Positions 63,505 to 64,000 of a stretch of DNA of 64,000 bases are shown here, one piece after another. The number at the start of each line of letters is the position of its first letter. The stretch's first letter is position 1. The notes beneath the pieces were generated by a model. The model had not been told where the DNA came from, ran no database searches, and worked only from the letters and a program-made list of their open reading frames with translations. The DNA comes from Candidatus Omnitrophota bacterium. Its GTDB lineage: Bacteria > Omnitrophota > Gorgyraeia > JABMRG01 > JAFGKX01. The position numbers were made by a program, and so were the translations under genes. The stretch lies in assembly GCA_043797125.1 (NCBI GenBank), contig JAZDPX010000013.1, positions 9,180 through 73,179 on the forward strand, given 5' to 3'.

Positions 63505-64000
63505 TATCCGCTTCCTTTATATATACGCTGGACATATTCCTTATCTTATCTATCACTTCCACTAAGGCATCTATAACATACAAAATTTCTTCTTTGGTGG
63601 TATCTCTTCCCATGCTTATGCGTATTGAGCTATTAATGCGTTCCGGCGGAATGCCTGTTGCCACTAATACATGAGACGGGTCAAGCGAACCTGATGCGCA
63701 AGCAGAGCCTGTTGAAACCGCAATGCCTTTTTGATCCAGGTATAACAATATAGATTCTCCTACGGCGCCGTCAAACGATACATTCAAAGTATTTGCAAGG
63801 CAGTCGGTTGGGTGGCCATTAAACCATACGGCCGGAATTTTCTCTTCAATGCCTTTTTTAAGAATTGCCTTTAAAGTTTTAAGCCTTTTTTCTTCATCCT
63901 TCATTTCCTTGACGCGCATCTGGACTGCTTTTCCAAGCGCGATTATCCCGAGTGTGTTTTCCGTACCTGCGCGCCTTCCTCTTTCCTGATGCCCACCCCT
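63488..64000 (-). CDS. cysteine desulfurase NifS/IscS, C-terminal part (5' end beyond window)
   Basis: Active-site loop STGSACASGS. The reading frame stays open upstream of the track's Met to position 64000. Confidence 0.8.
   Translation of the reverse strand, partial: RGGHQERGRRAGTENTLGIIALGKAVQMRVKEMKDEEKRLKTLKAILKKGIEEKIPAVWFNGHPTDCLANTLNVSFDGAVGESILLYLDQKGIAVSTGSACASGSLDPSHVLVATGIPPERINSSIRISMGRDTTKEEILYVIDALVEVIDKIRNMSSVYIKEADNGRKE

Noticed and set aside
62016-63576. Long plus-strand ORFs 62016..62648 and 62905..63576
   Set aside because: They are antisense shadows of the ferredoxin, Rrf2 and NifU genes. They are low-complexity and lack motifs.

Overview
The window is low-GC bacterial DNA with anaerobe-type gene content, and almost every gene is on the minus strand. 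It contains three functional blocks. Positions 1-14.6 kb hold a Rex-controlled operon for a membrane-bound group-4 [NiFe]-hydrogenase joined to a full Mrp antiporter module and preceded by a HydB/HydG-like NAD(P)H-oxidoreductase pair, with an adjacent GAF sensor and an NtrC-type sigma-54 activator whose receiver domain is atypical. Positions 15-54 kb are a PEP-CTERM/exosortase surface-polysaccharide locus with sigma-54-type promoters and rpoN itself at its edge. It carries three PEP-CTERM proteins, exosortase plus EpsI flanked by AbiEi/AbiEii and HEPN/MNT toxin-antitoxin pairs, many GT4/GT2 transferases (including GT4-deacetylase fusions), a radical-SAM/SPASM enzyme, a Wzm/Wzt ABC exporter, AsnB, and a Wza/Wzz/BY-kinase/ExeA export module. 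Positions 54-64 kb are an oxidative-stress and Fe-S island: Ogg, TrxB, a ZIP transporter, glutaredoxin, superoxide reductase, rubrerythrin, an unannotated desulforedoxin, ferritin, Rrf2, NifU and NifS. Three families of repeat elements overlay all of this. One is a 26-nt perfect palindrome, often followed by a TGTGGATAAC (DnaA-box-like) tail. The second is a 25-nt GC hairpin with a GAAA loop whose sequence supplies the C-termini and stop codons of several proteins. The third is a set of imperfect heptanucleotide tandem repeats embedded in-frame in unrelated genes. No rRNA, tRNA or CRISPR array was found.
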